Positions 29,466-38,356 are shown, numbered from the stretch's first letter. The stretch is 64,000 nt of DNA from Syntrophomonadaceae bacterium (GCA_003563895.1 PWTK01000105.1:15129-79128), one strand, 5' to 3'. The notes: generated by a model not told the origin, from the letters alone. Program-made: numbers and translations.

Positions 29466-31633
29466 AAATTGCCATTATTTATAACCGGGACAGCCAAGCG
29501 GTTATCAATCTATTTGGCATGCCGAACCGTGAAAAGTACGGCTTACAGACCATTAAACGCATAAAGGAGGCCCTTGAAGCACATGGCCACCAGGTGCAGG
29601 CTTTCGAAGGCGATAAGAATATCATTTATGCCCTGGAAGATTTCATGCCTTCGGTCATCTCGGGAGAGCGGCCGGGCCTGGTTTTCAACCTGAGCTACGG
29701 CATACAAGGGCGGGCCCGCTACACCCATATCCCGGGAATCCTGGAAATGCTGGGCATCCCTTACGTGGGCTCCAGCCCTGAAACCCATGCCATCGCCCTG
29801 GATAAGGTGCTCACCAAAATTGTACTGACCCAGAAAAACCTTCCTACCCCGAAATTTACCGTGCTGGAAAGCCCCGATTTTGAGTTCCCCCTGCAGGAAG
29901 AAATGACCTTCCCCTTCATCGTTAAGCCACGGGATGAAGCCGTCTCATTGGGGATCAAAATCGTTCATGATGAAGCGGGGCTGCGGGAATGGGTCAGGGC
30001 TATTTACGAGATGTTTCAAGCCCCGGCCCTGGTGGAAGAGTACATCGAGGGTCGAGAGATCAACGTGGGACTCCTGGGCAACAGTCCCGTGGAAGCCCTG
30101 CCGCCGGTGGAAATGATTTTTTACAGGGGGCCGCGCATTTATACGCATGAAGACAAGGTGAAAAAAAGCAGGCGCCGCATAGACAAGGTGTGCCCCGCCT
30201 CCCTTGATCCCGCCCAGGAAGAGCTCTTAAAAACCCTGTCCATCCAGGCCTTTAACGCGCTGGGCTGCTTTGACAGCGCCCGCGTGGACTTTCGCCTGGA
30301 CAGAGAAGGCAATCCCTATATTCTGGAAGTGAACTCCATGGCCAGCCTCGGTCCGGACGCCTCGTACGTTTTTGCCGCCGAAAAGATGGGGTTGGACTAT
30401 GCAGCCCTGGTGAACCGCCTCATTGAAATCACCAGCCAGCGGTACTTCGGCCCAATTATTGCGGATGACGGCCTGGACGATTTATACAAGGGCAGGGGAA
30501 AGGCCGTTTTTACCCATCTCATACAGAGGCGTGACCAGATGGAAGAGGAACTGAAAGGGTGGACCAACCTCCCCAGCTGGACCGAAGACGCGGCAGGGCT
30601 GGGAGCAGTGATCAAGCGGCTTGAAGCGAAAATGCATGATTTGGGGTTGCATTCCATAAAAGAGCTCACGAACCAGCGTTTTGCCTGGGCCTGGCAGACC
30701 GCGCCCGGGCTCGAAGACGGCACGCTCCTGGTGGCTTCTGTCGATGTTCCGCGCAGCGATACCAGCGGTTATCCCACCCCATTTCGAAAGGCGCCGGAGC
30801 AGATTTTTGGTGAAGGCATAGCCTCCAGCCGCGCCGGGCTGCTCTGTTTGCTCGAAACCTTACAGGCTTTAAAAACAGCAGGGTGCCTGCACCACATCCC
30901 TTTGGGCGTGTTTATCTATGCCGACGAAGGTCGGGGGATGCGTTACAGCAGCCCGACCTTCTCCCAGGCCGCTGAAAAAGCGGGCCAGGTTCTTGTGATG
31001 CAGTCGGGCCTTCACGGCGGGAAAGTGGTGGATCAGAGAAGGGGGTCGAGAAAATTCAGCATTCTTGTGGAAGGGGCTTTTCAGCGTATTGGCTACCACC
31101 GAGGGCCGGGAGATCTTATGAACTGGTTTTTGCAGCGAGCCGCGCGGGTGGGCAAACTCAGCATGCCGAAAAAGCGGTTGACGGTGGCCGTGCAAGAAGT
31201 GCATTCAGAACGTTACAGCGTGCTGCTCCCCCACCGCATTCGCGCCACGGTTTACGTAACCTTCCTGGATCCTGCATTGGCCGGTGATGCCGAAACCGAA
31301 ATACGAAAAATATTTACTCCGACGGAAAAAGAAGAATTTTTATGTTACGTGGAAAAGCTGGAAGAACGCCCCGCCCTGACCCGCTCGGAAAGCGCTGCCT
31401 CTCTTATCTCCAAGCTCAAGGCCATCAGTGCAGATTGGAAACTGCCTTTCGGCGTTGATTCCAGCCTGCTGCCTTCGGCAGCGGGGGTCGTGCCCGAGGG
31501 GATACCCGTATTATGTGGTCTCGCCCCGTCCAGCCAGAACATGTACACCCCCTTTGAATCGATCCAGCGCGGAGAACTTTTGCAGAGGGCTCTGCTGCTG
31601 ACATTGTTTTTAATGGAGGGACAGGTGGAATGA
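29462..31633 (+). CDS. fusion protein: D-Ala-D-Ala-ligase-like ATP-grasp (N-terminal) plus M20-peptidase-like domain with substituted metal ligands (C-terminal)
   Basis: Residues 1-330 have Ddl/ATP-grasp architecture (IVKPRDEAVSLGI...EEYIEGREINVG...ILEVNSMASLG). Residues 400-723 align to M20 motifs, but the His of the HxD motif is Ser (LLVASVDVP) and the Asp/Lys of GxxDxK are Ser/Arg (GIASSRAG). Its start overlaps the ggt stop by 4 nt. Confidence 0.7.
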   Translation: MKIAIIYNRDSQAVINLFGMPNREKYGLQTIKRIKEALEAHGHQVQAFEGDKNIIYALEDFMPSVISGERPGLVFNLSYGIQGRARYTHIPGILEMLGIPYVGSSPETHAIALDKVLTKIVLTQKNLPTPKFTVLESPDFEFPLQEEMTFPFIVKPRDEAVSLGIKIVHDEAGLREWVRAIYEMFQAPALVEEYIEGREINVGLLGNSPVEALPPVEMIFYRGPRIYTHEDKVKKSRRRIDKVCPASLDPAQEELLKTLSIQAFNALGCFDSARVDFRLDREGNPYILEVNSMASLGPDASYVFAAEKMGLDYAALVNRLIEITSQRYFGPIIADDGLDDLYKGRGKAVFTHLIQRRDQMEEELKGWTNLPSWTEDAAGLGAVIKRLEAKMHDLGLHSIKELTNQRFAWAWQTAPGLEDGTLLVASVDVPRSDTSGYPTPFRKAPEQIFGEGIASSRAGLLCLLETLQALKTAGCLHHIPLGVFIYADEGRGMRYSSPTFSQAAEKAGQVLVMQSGLHGGKVVDQRRGSRKFSILVEGAFQRIGYHRGPGDLMNWFLQRAARVGKLSMPKKRLTVAVQEVHSERYSVLLPHRIRATVYVTFLDPALAGDAETEIRKIFTPTEKEEFLCYVEKLEERPALTRSESAASLISKLKAISADWKLPFGVDSSLLPSAAGVVPEGIPVLCGLAPSSQNMYTPFESIQRGELLQRALLLTLFLMEGQVE

Positions 31634-32454
31634 TACCCGGCACACCGCTTCCGGTGGTGCTGTCCATGCCTCACGGCGGAACAAAAGTGCCGCCGGAACT
31701 AAAGCACAGGTGCCGGCTGGGCCTGGCGGCCATTCTTCGCGATGGGGATACCTGGGCACGGCATCTGTTTGACTTTGAGGAAATCACAGCAGAAGGCTGC
31801 GTGGATACAGAGGTGGCGCGGGCCGTGGTTGACATGAACCGCTCTCCTGAAGATCTGCCCCCGGCAAATCCCGACGGCGTGGTCAAAATATCAACGGTGC
31901 TTGGAGAGCCCGTCTGGCAGAGCCTTGGTGGACTGACGGGGGACGAGGTGCGCCTGCTGCTGGAAAAGTATCACCGGCCTTATCACCGGCAAATTGCCAG
32001 GATGTGTGAAAAAAGGGCGGCCATCCGATTGGGCCTGGACTGCCACACCATGCTGGCACAAGCGCCCCCTGAAAAAGGGGAAGAACACCTTCGCCGACCT
32101 TTAATCTGTCTCAGCAACCTGGGAGACGATTCCGGAGAACCTGACGGACTGCCCGTCTCAGCTCCACCAGCGCTCCTGCGGGCCCTGCAGCATGCACTGG
32201 AAAGGGTATTTGAAAGCGATCCCCGTTTTGCCGGGGCTCATCCGGACGTCGTTTTAAACCGGCCTTTCCGGGGCGGGTTTATCGTAAAAAATCACAGTGC
32301 TGCAGGGGAAGTGCCCTGGATACAGGTGGAATTTAACCGCTCTCTATACCTGCCGGCGCCGTTTCCCATCGCCAAAGAGCCCGACCCCGACACAGCCGGG
32401 AAGTTGCGATCGCTTGGAAAAGGGCTTTTGCTGGCTGTCAGGGAAGTGCTCTAA
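31630..32454 (+). CDS. N-formylglutamate amidohydrolase (FGase, PF05013-like) family protein
   Basis: 274 aa. The N-terminal VVLSMPHGGTKVPPEL matches the FGase family signature. Its start overlaps the upstream stop. Confidence 0.65.
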   Translation: MIPGTPLPVVLSMPHGGTKVPPELKHRCRLGLAAILRDGDTWARHLFDFEEITAEGCVDTEVARAVVDMNRSPEDLPPANPDGVVKISTVLGEPVWQSLGGLTGDEVRLLLEKYHRPYHRQIARMCEKRAAIRLGLDCHTMLAQAPPEKGEEHLRRPLICLSNLGDDSGEPDGLPVSAPPALLRALQHALERVFESDPRFAGAHPDVVLNRPFRGGFIVKNHSAAGEVPWIQVEFNRSLYLPAPFPIAKEPDPDTAGKLRSLGKGLLLAVREVL

Positions 32455-32532
32455 AAACTGTAAAAAAGTAAGAGGAAGGCTTAAACGTCAGGCAACTCCC
32501 CTGCAGGAAATTTTCCGGTGCTTGTGGCATAC

Positions 32533-32563
32533 CCCCCTAATAATGCAACTGGGGGGTTTTTTG
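32533..32563 (+). terminator. Rho-independent terminator of the ggt operon
   Basis: CCCCCC-taataatgcaact-GGGGGG followed by TTTTTT. Confidence 0.75.
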
Positions 32564-32579
32564 TGCCGGAAAGAAAAAT

Positions 32580-32729
32580 CAGACTATCGGGTTTGCTCAG
32601 GATGACAATGAAGAAGCTCCGCAAAAAAGAGGTTTTAAAAGGTCACACTCACAAAAAGGCCTTGATCTGCTAAAAAGCTATTTTAGGGGCCACTCAACAA
32701 GAATTCCCTGAGTTAAGTTGATAATCATG
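32580..32729 (+). mobile_element. MITE-like repeat, copy D (150 bp, most diverged)
   Basis: Flanks AAGAAAAAT and AAGAAAAAA match at 8 of 9 positions. It is inserted exactly between two convergent terminators. Confidence 0.85.
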
Positions 32730-32730
32730 A

Positions 32731-32767
32731 AGAAAAAAAGCCTCCCGGAAGTTTTGCCAGGAGGCTT
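32731..32767 (-). terminator. Rho-independent terminator after asp23
   Basis: Minus-strand sense AAGCCTCC-loop-GGAGGCTT followed by TTTTTTTCT. Confidence 0.65.
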
Positions 32768-32791
32768 GGCTCAAGCGGAGTTCGTTTCTTT

Positions 32792-33178
32792 TTATCCCTG
32801 TTTTTCTTCACTGCCCGAAACCGTAGCAAAGCTGACACCCTGTACGTGGACATTAACGTGGGTAACCCTTAAACCCGTCATTTTCTGCACCGCTTTATTT
32901 ACATTTTCCTGAACATTCCATGTTACGTCGGGTATGCGGTAGCCATAGTTCACGATCAGGTATAGATCAATGGCTGCTTCTTCCTCGCCAATCTTCACCC
33001 TGACACCCTTGGAAATGTTTTTGCGGCCCAGCGCCTCGGCAATTCCCCCTGCAATCCCTCCGCTCAGGCTGTTCACGCCTTCCACCTCTGCCGCGGCAAG
33101 GCCGGCAATCATGGAAACCACTTCGTCAGTAATGCGAACTGAACCATGCTCAGAAGGAATCGTTCCCTCCCCAGTCAT
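32792..33178 (-). CDS. Asp23/Gls24-family envelope stress protein
   Basis: 128 aa; the N-terminus IPSEHGSVRITDEVVSMIAGLAAAEVEGV is typical of Asp23. Confidence 0.85.
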   Translation of the reverse strand: MTGEGTIPSEHGSVRITDEVVSMIAGLAAAEVEGVNSLSGGIAGGIAEALGRKNISKGVRVKIGEEEAAIDLYLIVNYGYRIPDVTWNVQENVNKAVQKMTGLRVTHVNVHVQGVSFATVSGSEEKQG

Positions 33179-33395
33179 AATAAGCCCCCCTTCTTGAAAT
33201 CGGGTGAAGCGTGCACTAATTATAACAAAAAGCCATATCTACTTCAAACCTTTTTTCCTTTCCGCCTGCGGCCGGCCCCCTCCGTTCCTGCGATTTTTCT
33301 CATGACACCCTCTTGCGTATTGGGTGCGATGGAGCTTGGTGCTGCTGAACATAATTATTGTTCCAAACGTGGCAGCCAGAATTTATTGAACTGTT

Positions 33396-33464
33396 GTTTA
33401 CTACGTTTAGAAAGGTTCTTTTTGAGACCCGTATTTTACGGCACCGGCCATGTCCAGGTTGGGA
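33396..33464 (-). promoter_or_regulatory. conserved ~70-bp upstream element, copy 2
   Basis: GTTTACTACGTTTAGAAAGGTTCTTTTTGAGACCCGTATTTTACGGCACCGGCCATGTCCAGGTTGGGA. It lies about 220 nt upstream of asp23 and contains the palindrome CCGTAAAATACGG. Confidence 0.4.
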
Positions 33465-33503
33465 AAAGGAAATAATGTGACTAGCGGTGTTTTTTCCGGG
33501 CGT

Positions 33504-33686
33504 TCATTTTTTTGTCCCCTTTTTGGGGGGCGTACTAAATTTTCCCCCTCGGGAAAAATACCCCACCGCAAGCAGCCAAACCAAAAAGCCCGCAACACCT
33601 CCCCACCAGGCACCGGTCACAAAATAACCGAGAAGCGGAACTGCAATCAGTGTAACCAGGGTGATAAGTGCATTTAAAGCTGACAT
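33504..33686 (-). CDS. small two-helix membrane protein (possibly DUF2273-like; that family is often found next to asp23)
   Basis: About 60 aa, hydrophobic. RBS AGAGAGGG lies 8 nt upstream of the ATG. It starts 34 nt after the stop of the upstream radical SAM gene. Confidence 0.45.
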   Translation of the reverse strand: MSALNALITLVTLIAVPLLGYFVTGAWWGGVAGFLVWLLAVGYFSRGGKFSTPPKKGTKK

Positions 33687-33729
33687 ATGGTGCACCCTCT
33701 CTCTTTGTGATGCGAAAAACCGCTGCGGC

Positions 33730-34773
33730 TCAATATTTCGCCAGTACTTTAAGCGCGTTCCACAGGGGCTCAGGCTTGAAATCCCACATGTAAGAGGTTT
33801 CGACGATATTGGGATTGTTGCAGTGGTTGCAGTGCAGCGCCTGTTTTTTCAATCGTTCATATGCGGGACTCTCTAATATGTCGCCCAGGGGCTCTTTTCT
33901 GACATTTCCCAGCGGGGCTGAGGGGTTTGTGCAGTTTGCTACTTCACCGCCGGGGTACACGAGGAGGGAGATCTTGGGGAGATGGCAAACGTAAGATTCG
34001 CGCCTCGTCAGAAAGCGCTCCAGGTAGGTATAAGAATTGTTTAACGGGTAGCGATTTTTTTTCAGCCCTGCAAGGGCCCGGGCGGCCGCTGTTTCCCCCT
34101 CCGCCTCCCAGCCCTTGACGGAATGCCCCGTTTCCGGGGAAACCCCCACTTTCACCGGGCAAACGTAAAAAGACCCCCGCAGTTTTTGGCAGAGCTCGGC
34201 CATCTCGAGGAGCCGATCTTCGTTGCCCCTGTGCAAAAGACAGTTCACCATCACCTTCATCTCGGGGTAACGCCTGTTGAGGGTTTCCAGCGCGCCCACC
34301 ACCCGCTGGAAAAGCCCCCGGCAACCCCGCTGCCGGTCGTGCTCTTCGTCCGGATAGTCCAGGGAGACAACCACCGAATCCAGTTTATCATGAAGCTCCC
34401 CTGTACGCTCCTCCAGGTAGTAACCGTTGGTAAGGAGGGTGGTGATGAAGCCTTCCCTTTTGGCCGCGAACAAAATCTCTGCCAGGTCATCCCGCAGCAG
34501 CGGTTCCCCTCCCCAAAGGCCCACGGCTTTGAAACCGTGCCTGCGGCCCTGACGGTATAGGCGGCCGATTTCGGCAGCGCTCATTTCCGAGGGGGAACGG
34601 TTGTCCCGCCAGATGCACGTGGGACACCTGCAGTTGCAGCGGGTGGTTACCAGGTGCGAAAAATAGAAAGGCCGCTGCCGAACCCTGCTGGCTGCCAGGG
34701 CAACAATCAACCGGTTCATTCCGACGAAAGCTCTCTTCACTTTTGCCCCTGAAGCATACGGAGCATTCCTCAT
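33730..34773 (-). CDS. radical SAM/SPASM-domain protein
   Basis: 347 aa. TTRCNCRCPTC (CX3CX2C), G-rich motif GLWGGEPLL, and C-terminal auxiliary-cluster cysteines CHLPK...CTNP...CNHCNNPN. Strong RBS GGGGGAGG. Confidence 0.8.
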   Translation of the reverse strand: MRNAPYASGAKVKRAFVGMNRLIVALAASRVRQRPFYFSHLVTTRCNCRCPTCIWRDNRSPSEMSAAEIGRLYRQGRRHGFKAVGLWGGEPLLRDDLAEILFAAKREGFITTLLTNGYYLEERTGELHDKLDSVVVSLDYPDEEHDRQRGCRGLFQRVVGALETLNRRYPEMKVMVNCLLHRGNEDRLLEMAELCQKLRGSFYVCPVKVGVSPETGHSVKGWEAEGETAAARALAGLKKNRYPLNNSYTYLERFLTRRESYVCHLPKISLLVYPGGEVANCTNPSAPLGNVRKEPLGDILESPAYERLKKQALHCNHCNNPNIVETSYMWDFKPEPLWNALKVLAKY

Positions 34774-35264
34774 GCCGCCTCCCCCGTCCCTCCCGGTTTT
34801 CAGTAATCCCGGTAACCAGTTATTACCAGGAATAGAAAGCTATGTATGAGATAAGTGCCCACGTTGTGCGGAGGGCCTCTGAAGCATGCAGCAAAAAGGA
34901 TCATACACTGAATATCAGTCCTGATCGGGGCCTGCGCACTCAGACTATGCCGCATCCAAAACAATGCTCATTGAATGCCGACACCGGATCACTCCCTGCC
35001 AAACGCACTGCTTCCTCTTCTTCAAAGCCCGGGTTAAATCCCTTGGAGAGAAAAACGATAAGGGTTGTTCCGTGGACATCCGCTCCGCGGCGGTGAAGCC
35101 CGAACCGTCCCCGGGGCAGCTCTCCGTGGCGAGCCCAGGTGCATGCCATCGTTTCAGTCCCGGTGCGCTGTCAATTAAATATGTTCTTTATTTCACAGGT
35201 TTTGGTCTCACGGAGAGCTCAAAGCAGCAGTTGTATCTTGTTTGTATTCTGTCAGAAACTGGTA

Positions 35265-35705
35265 TTATTTGTCCAATGAGCCCTGGCTGTCTTTTTTGTT
35301 GTTTTCCAGCACCAGTTTTAAACAGTACTCGATGATCTCCCTCCTCCTGATAATGCCGATGAAAACCCCGTGGTCATCAACAACCGGTATAAAGTTTTGA
35401 GTGATCGCCAAAGAGAGCAGGTCGCCAATTTTCGCGTCAGCCCTGACCGGGGAGTTGAAAATCTGCTGGGGAATATTCCGCAGCAAAATCCGCTCGCTTT
35501 TGCCGTAATTGAAACCGGATGAATTTTTCAACATGCGCAGAAGATCTCCTTCATTGATGGTTCCTGCATAGCGCCCTTCGTCATCGATAAGCGGAACCGC
35601 CGTGTAGCCGTGGTATTCCATTTTCTCTATGGCCTGGCGCATGGTACAGTTCAGCGATAAATAGGCCACGTCTTTCTTGGGAACCAGAAAAAAAGCGATA
35701 TTCAC
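35265..35705 (-). CDS. CBS-pair domain protein
   Basis: 146 aa containing two CBS motifs. Confidence 0.75.
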   Translation of the reverse strand: MNIAFFLVPKKDVAYLSLNCTMRQAIEKMEYHGYTAVPLIDDEGRYAGTINEGDLLRMLKNSSGFNYGKSERILLRNIPQQIFNSPVRADAKIGDLLSLAITQNFIPVVDDHGVFIGIIRRREIIEYCLKLVLENNKKDSQGSLDK

Positions 35706-35852
35706 GGGGCCAACCCCTTTCTATGTGCTCAACGCCAAATTACTGTGAAAAGAAAAAAACAGCTGCGGCCCGAAAACTTCTCTTTTCCAGGGCCAAACCG
35801 GCTGCCCGAGGGAAACGTTGCCGGGCCGTCAAATTTGTGCTCTCCATGCTCC

Positions 35853-36257
35853 TTACTGGGGCTTTGGGTTTTCGTTTCCTCCCTCTGAGGCGATGCCCGG
35901 TTCTTCCAGGTTGATCAGATCGGCAGGGAAAAGATCCTGCACCGTTTCCGCCACGATTTTTTGGATATCGGCAAAAAGAACACTGAACCTGTATTCCGCT
36001 TCCAGATATTCCTTAACCGTCTGATTTAAATAGATGACCTCGTACAGCTTGTTTAGCTTTTCTTGCTGTTCTGAAGATATTTCCAGGCCGCTCATTTTCT
36101 GCTGCTGCAGCTCCAACTGGGCCCGACGAAAATCCAACAGCATTTTTTTTGCTGTGGGATCATTTTCCAGTTTTTTTGCGGCATTCTTCAGCGCTTTGTG
36201 CTCAGGTGATCCCTTGATGGCTTTGGCAAGGCTGTGGGCATAATCATAAACATTCAT
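35853..36257 (-). CDS. YlbF/YmcA (UPF0342, RicA/RicF-like) family protein
   Basis: 134 aa; the conserved N-terminus AHSLAKAIKGSPEHKALKNAAKKLENDPTAKKML. Confidence 0.7.
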   Translation of the reverse strand: MNVYDYAHSLAKAIKGSPEHKALKNAAKKLENDPTAKKMLLDFRRAQLELQQQKMSGLEISSEQQEKLNKLYEVIYLNQTVKEYLEAEYRFSVLFADIQKIVAETVQDLFPADLINLEEPGIASEGGNENPKPQ

Positions 36258-36339
36258 TTATCATCGCTCCTTGTTTCGGGTGTCCAAATGTTGCTGTGAA
36301 TTTCACTCAATATTATTTAACAGGAACAGCAGGAAAAAG

Positions 36340-37173
36340 TCAATCCGGCGCCGCTGTATCTGTAATGTTTAAGATGGACATCTTTTCCCTGGGAAGCTGC
36401 CCGATATATTTTTCTAAATCCAGCACGATGACGGAGATATTGTCATCACTCCCGCCCCAAAAAGCCTCTTGCTGGATCAGTTCGGCCGCCTTTTGGGGAG
36501 TCGGGGCATTCCGGACGATGGAGCAGGCTTCTTCTGTGCTCAAAGAAACCCAAACCCCATCACAAGCCACTACTGCAAAGCGATTTTCTCTCCCCAGGAG
36601 TCCGTAGACGATCCTCGGTAAGGGGGTCACATAAGGCTTGAAATATACATCCCCCAGCGCCCGACTTAGCGCCAAATCACCTTCAACCCGGGGAACGTCG
36701 AGCTCTATCACCCTACCCCCCTGGGATTCAATGCGGGCTCTTTCGGCCGGCAGATCCGGTCGGTGATCCTGTGTTAAAACAACGCCTCCGGCATCAGATT
36801 CAATGATTACGCGCGTATCCCCGGAATTGGCTGCCCAAAATTCTTCGCCGGCTATAACAAGCACACCAGCAGTCGTTCCGCTGCGGATCCCTTTTTTGAT
36901 GATATATTCGTCGGTTTTCAGGCAGGCTTGATTGATCATTTCCCCATAAGAACGGCGTGGCCCTTCGGGCTTTTCAGATTCATCCAGGCACGAACCCTCC
37001 ACAAACCGCGGCAGCACCTCGGCGGCGGCCTGTGCGGCGCGGGGGTCTAGATGCCCATCAAAAACTGCTGCCAGACAAAAATTCTGTTCCTCGCTGCAGA
37101 CAACAGCATGTGCATTTTCCATCCTGCTTCGCCAACCGATATCCTCGCTGATGCCGTAAGCGATGTCTTTCAA
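36340..37173 (-). CDS. PP2C-family Ser/Thr phosphatase
   Basis: 277 aa with the AVFDGHLD and GGSDDN(I) metal-binding motifs. Confidence 0.85.
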   Translation of the reverse strand: MKDIAYGISEDIGWRSRMENAHAVVCSEEQNFCLAAVFDGHLDPRAAQAAAEVLPRFVEGSCLDESEKPEGPRRSYGEMINQACLKTDEYIIKKGIRSGTTAGVLVIAGEEFWAANSGDTRVIIESDAGGVVLTQDHRPDLPAERARIESQGGRVIELDVPRVEGDLALSRALGDVYFKPYVTPLPRIVYGLLGRENRFAVVACDGVWVSLSTEEACSIVRNAPTPQKAAELIQQEAFWGGSDDNISVIVLDLEKYIGQLPREKMSILNITDTAAPD

Positions 37174-37251
37174 CTTGACCCCCTTCCTTTCAACTGATAA
37201 TCTATAATCAGCAAGGCAGGTTCAAAAACTTCTGCCTGCACCATTCATTTT

Positions 37252-38115
37252 TTGCGTGGGGGGCTGGCCATGTCACTAAAGGAAGTATTTGACAGAGCTG
37301 CCGAGGAGCTTCAGCAAGCAGAAACGCTCATGATTCACGCCGGGGCAGGCATGGGGGTTGACTCCGGGCTGCCCGATTTTCGGGGAACCACCGGCTTTTG
37401 GAAAGCGTACCCTCTCTATGAAAAGCTGGGACTCAACTTTATCGAGGCGGCCAATCCCCGTCATTTCAGCAGGGACCCCGCTTTCGGCTGGGGGTTTTAC
37501 GGCCATCGCACTGCACTCTATCGCGAAACCTCTCCCCACCAGGGCTTTCAACTGCTGCTCAACTGGATCAAAGCACTTGGGCTTGATTATATGGTGGTCA
37601 CTTCCAACGTGGACGGCCAGTTCCAAAAGGCCGGTTTTGATGAAGACAGGATATATGAAGTCCACGGCTCCTTAAATTACCTGCAGTGCACCAACGTCTG
37701 CCGGGACAGCATCTGGCCCAACACGGAAGAAATACCGGTTGACCTGGAAACCATGCGGGCCCGGAAAGTCCCCCAGTGCCCTTACTGCGGCGCTGCAGCA
37801 CGGCCCAACGTGCTCATGTTCGGCGATTTTTCGTGGGTTGAAAAACGCGCTGTAGAACAGGAAAACCGCTTTCGCCGCTTTCTAAGCCGTTACCGGGAGA
37901 GCAAGATCTTCGTGATTGAACTCGGGGCCGGCACTGCCGTGCCTACCATTCGCAACCTGAGCGAGAACATCATTCGCCACTACCGGGGCGTGCTGGTGCG
38001 CATCAACCCGCGTGAGTATAACGTCCCCCCTTCCCAGATCTCCATCCCCTGTAGTGCACTGGAAGGTTTGCAGGGTATTGATAATTCCTTGGATAAATTG
38101 CGGCCCGAACAGTAA
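37252..38115 (+). CDS. Sir2-family NAD-dependent protein deacylase
   Basis: 287 aa. GAGMGVDSGLPDFRG NAD-binding motif, a CPYCG zinc ribbon, and HGS catalytic His. Confidence 0.8.
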   Translation: MRGGLAMSLKEVFDRAAEELQQAETLMIHAGAGMGVDSGLPDFRGTTGFWKAYPLYEKLGLNFIEAANPRHFSRDPAFGWGFYGHRTALYRETSPHQGFQLLLNWIKALGLDYMVVTSNVDGQFQKAGFDEDRIYEVHGSLNYLQCTNVCRDSIWPNTEEIPVDLETMRARKVPQCPYCGAAARPNVLMFGDFSWVEKRAVEQENRFRRFLSRYRESKIFVIELGAGTAVPTIRNLSENIIRHYRGVLVRINPREYNVPPSQISIPCSALEGLQGIDNSLDKLRPEQ

Positions 38116-38356
38116 AGGCCCAGGCCCAAAATCAATTGAGAAAAAGCGACAGGAAGGCGCATAAAAGGAGCAACAGTCGAGTTGGATGAAGCATTCGTTC
38201 AAACCCGTCGATCAGGGAAACCTGTCACCATAAAGAATAACAGAAAAAAGGACCCATGGGAAGACAGCTGAACGGGTAAATTCTCATAAAGGCTTTCATT
38301 GTCGCCCCTGCGGAAGATACCAGGGGGATCACAGATGCTAAAGGGGTGTTTCACAG

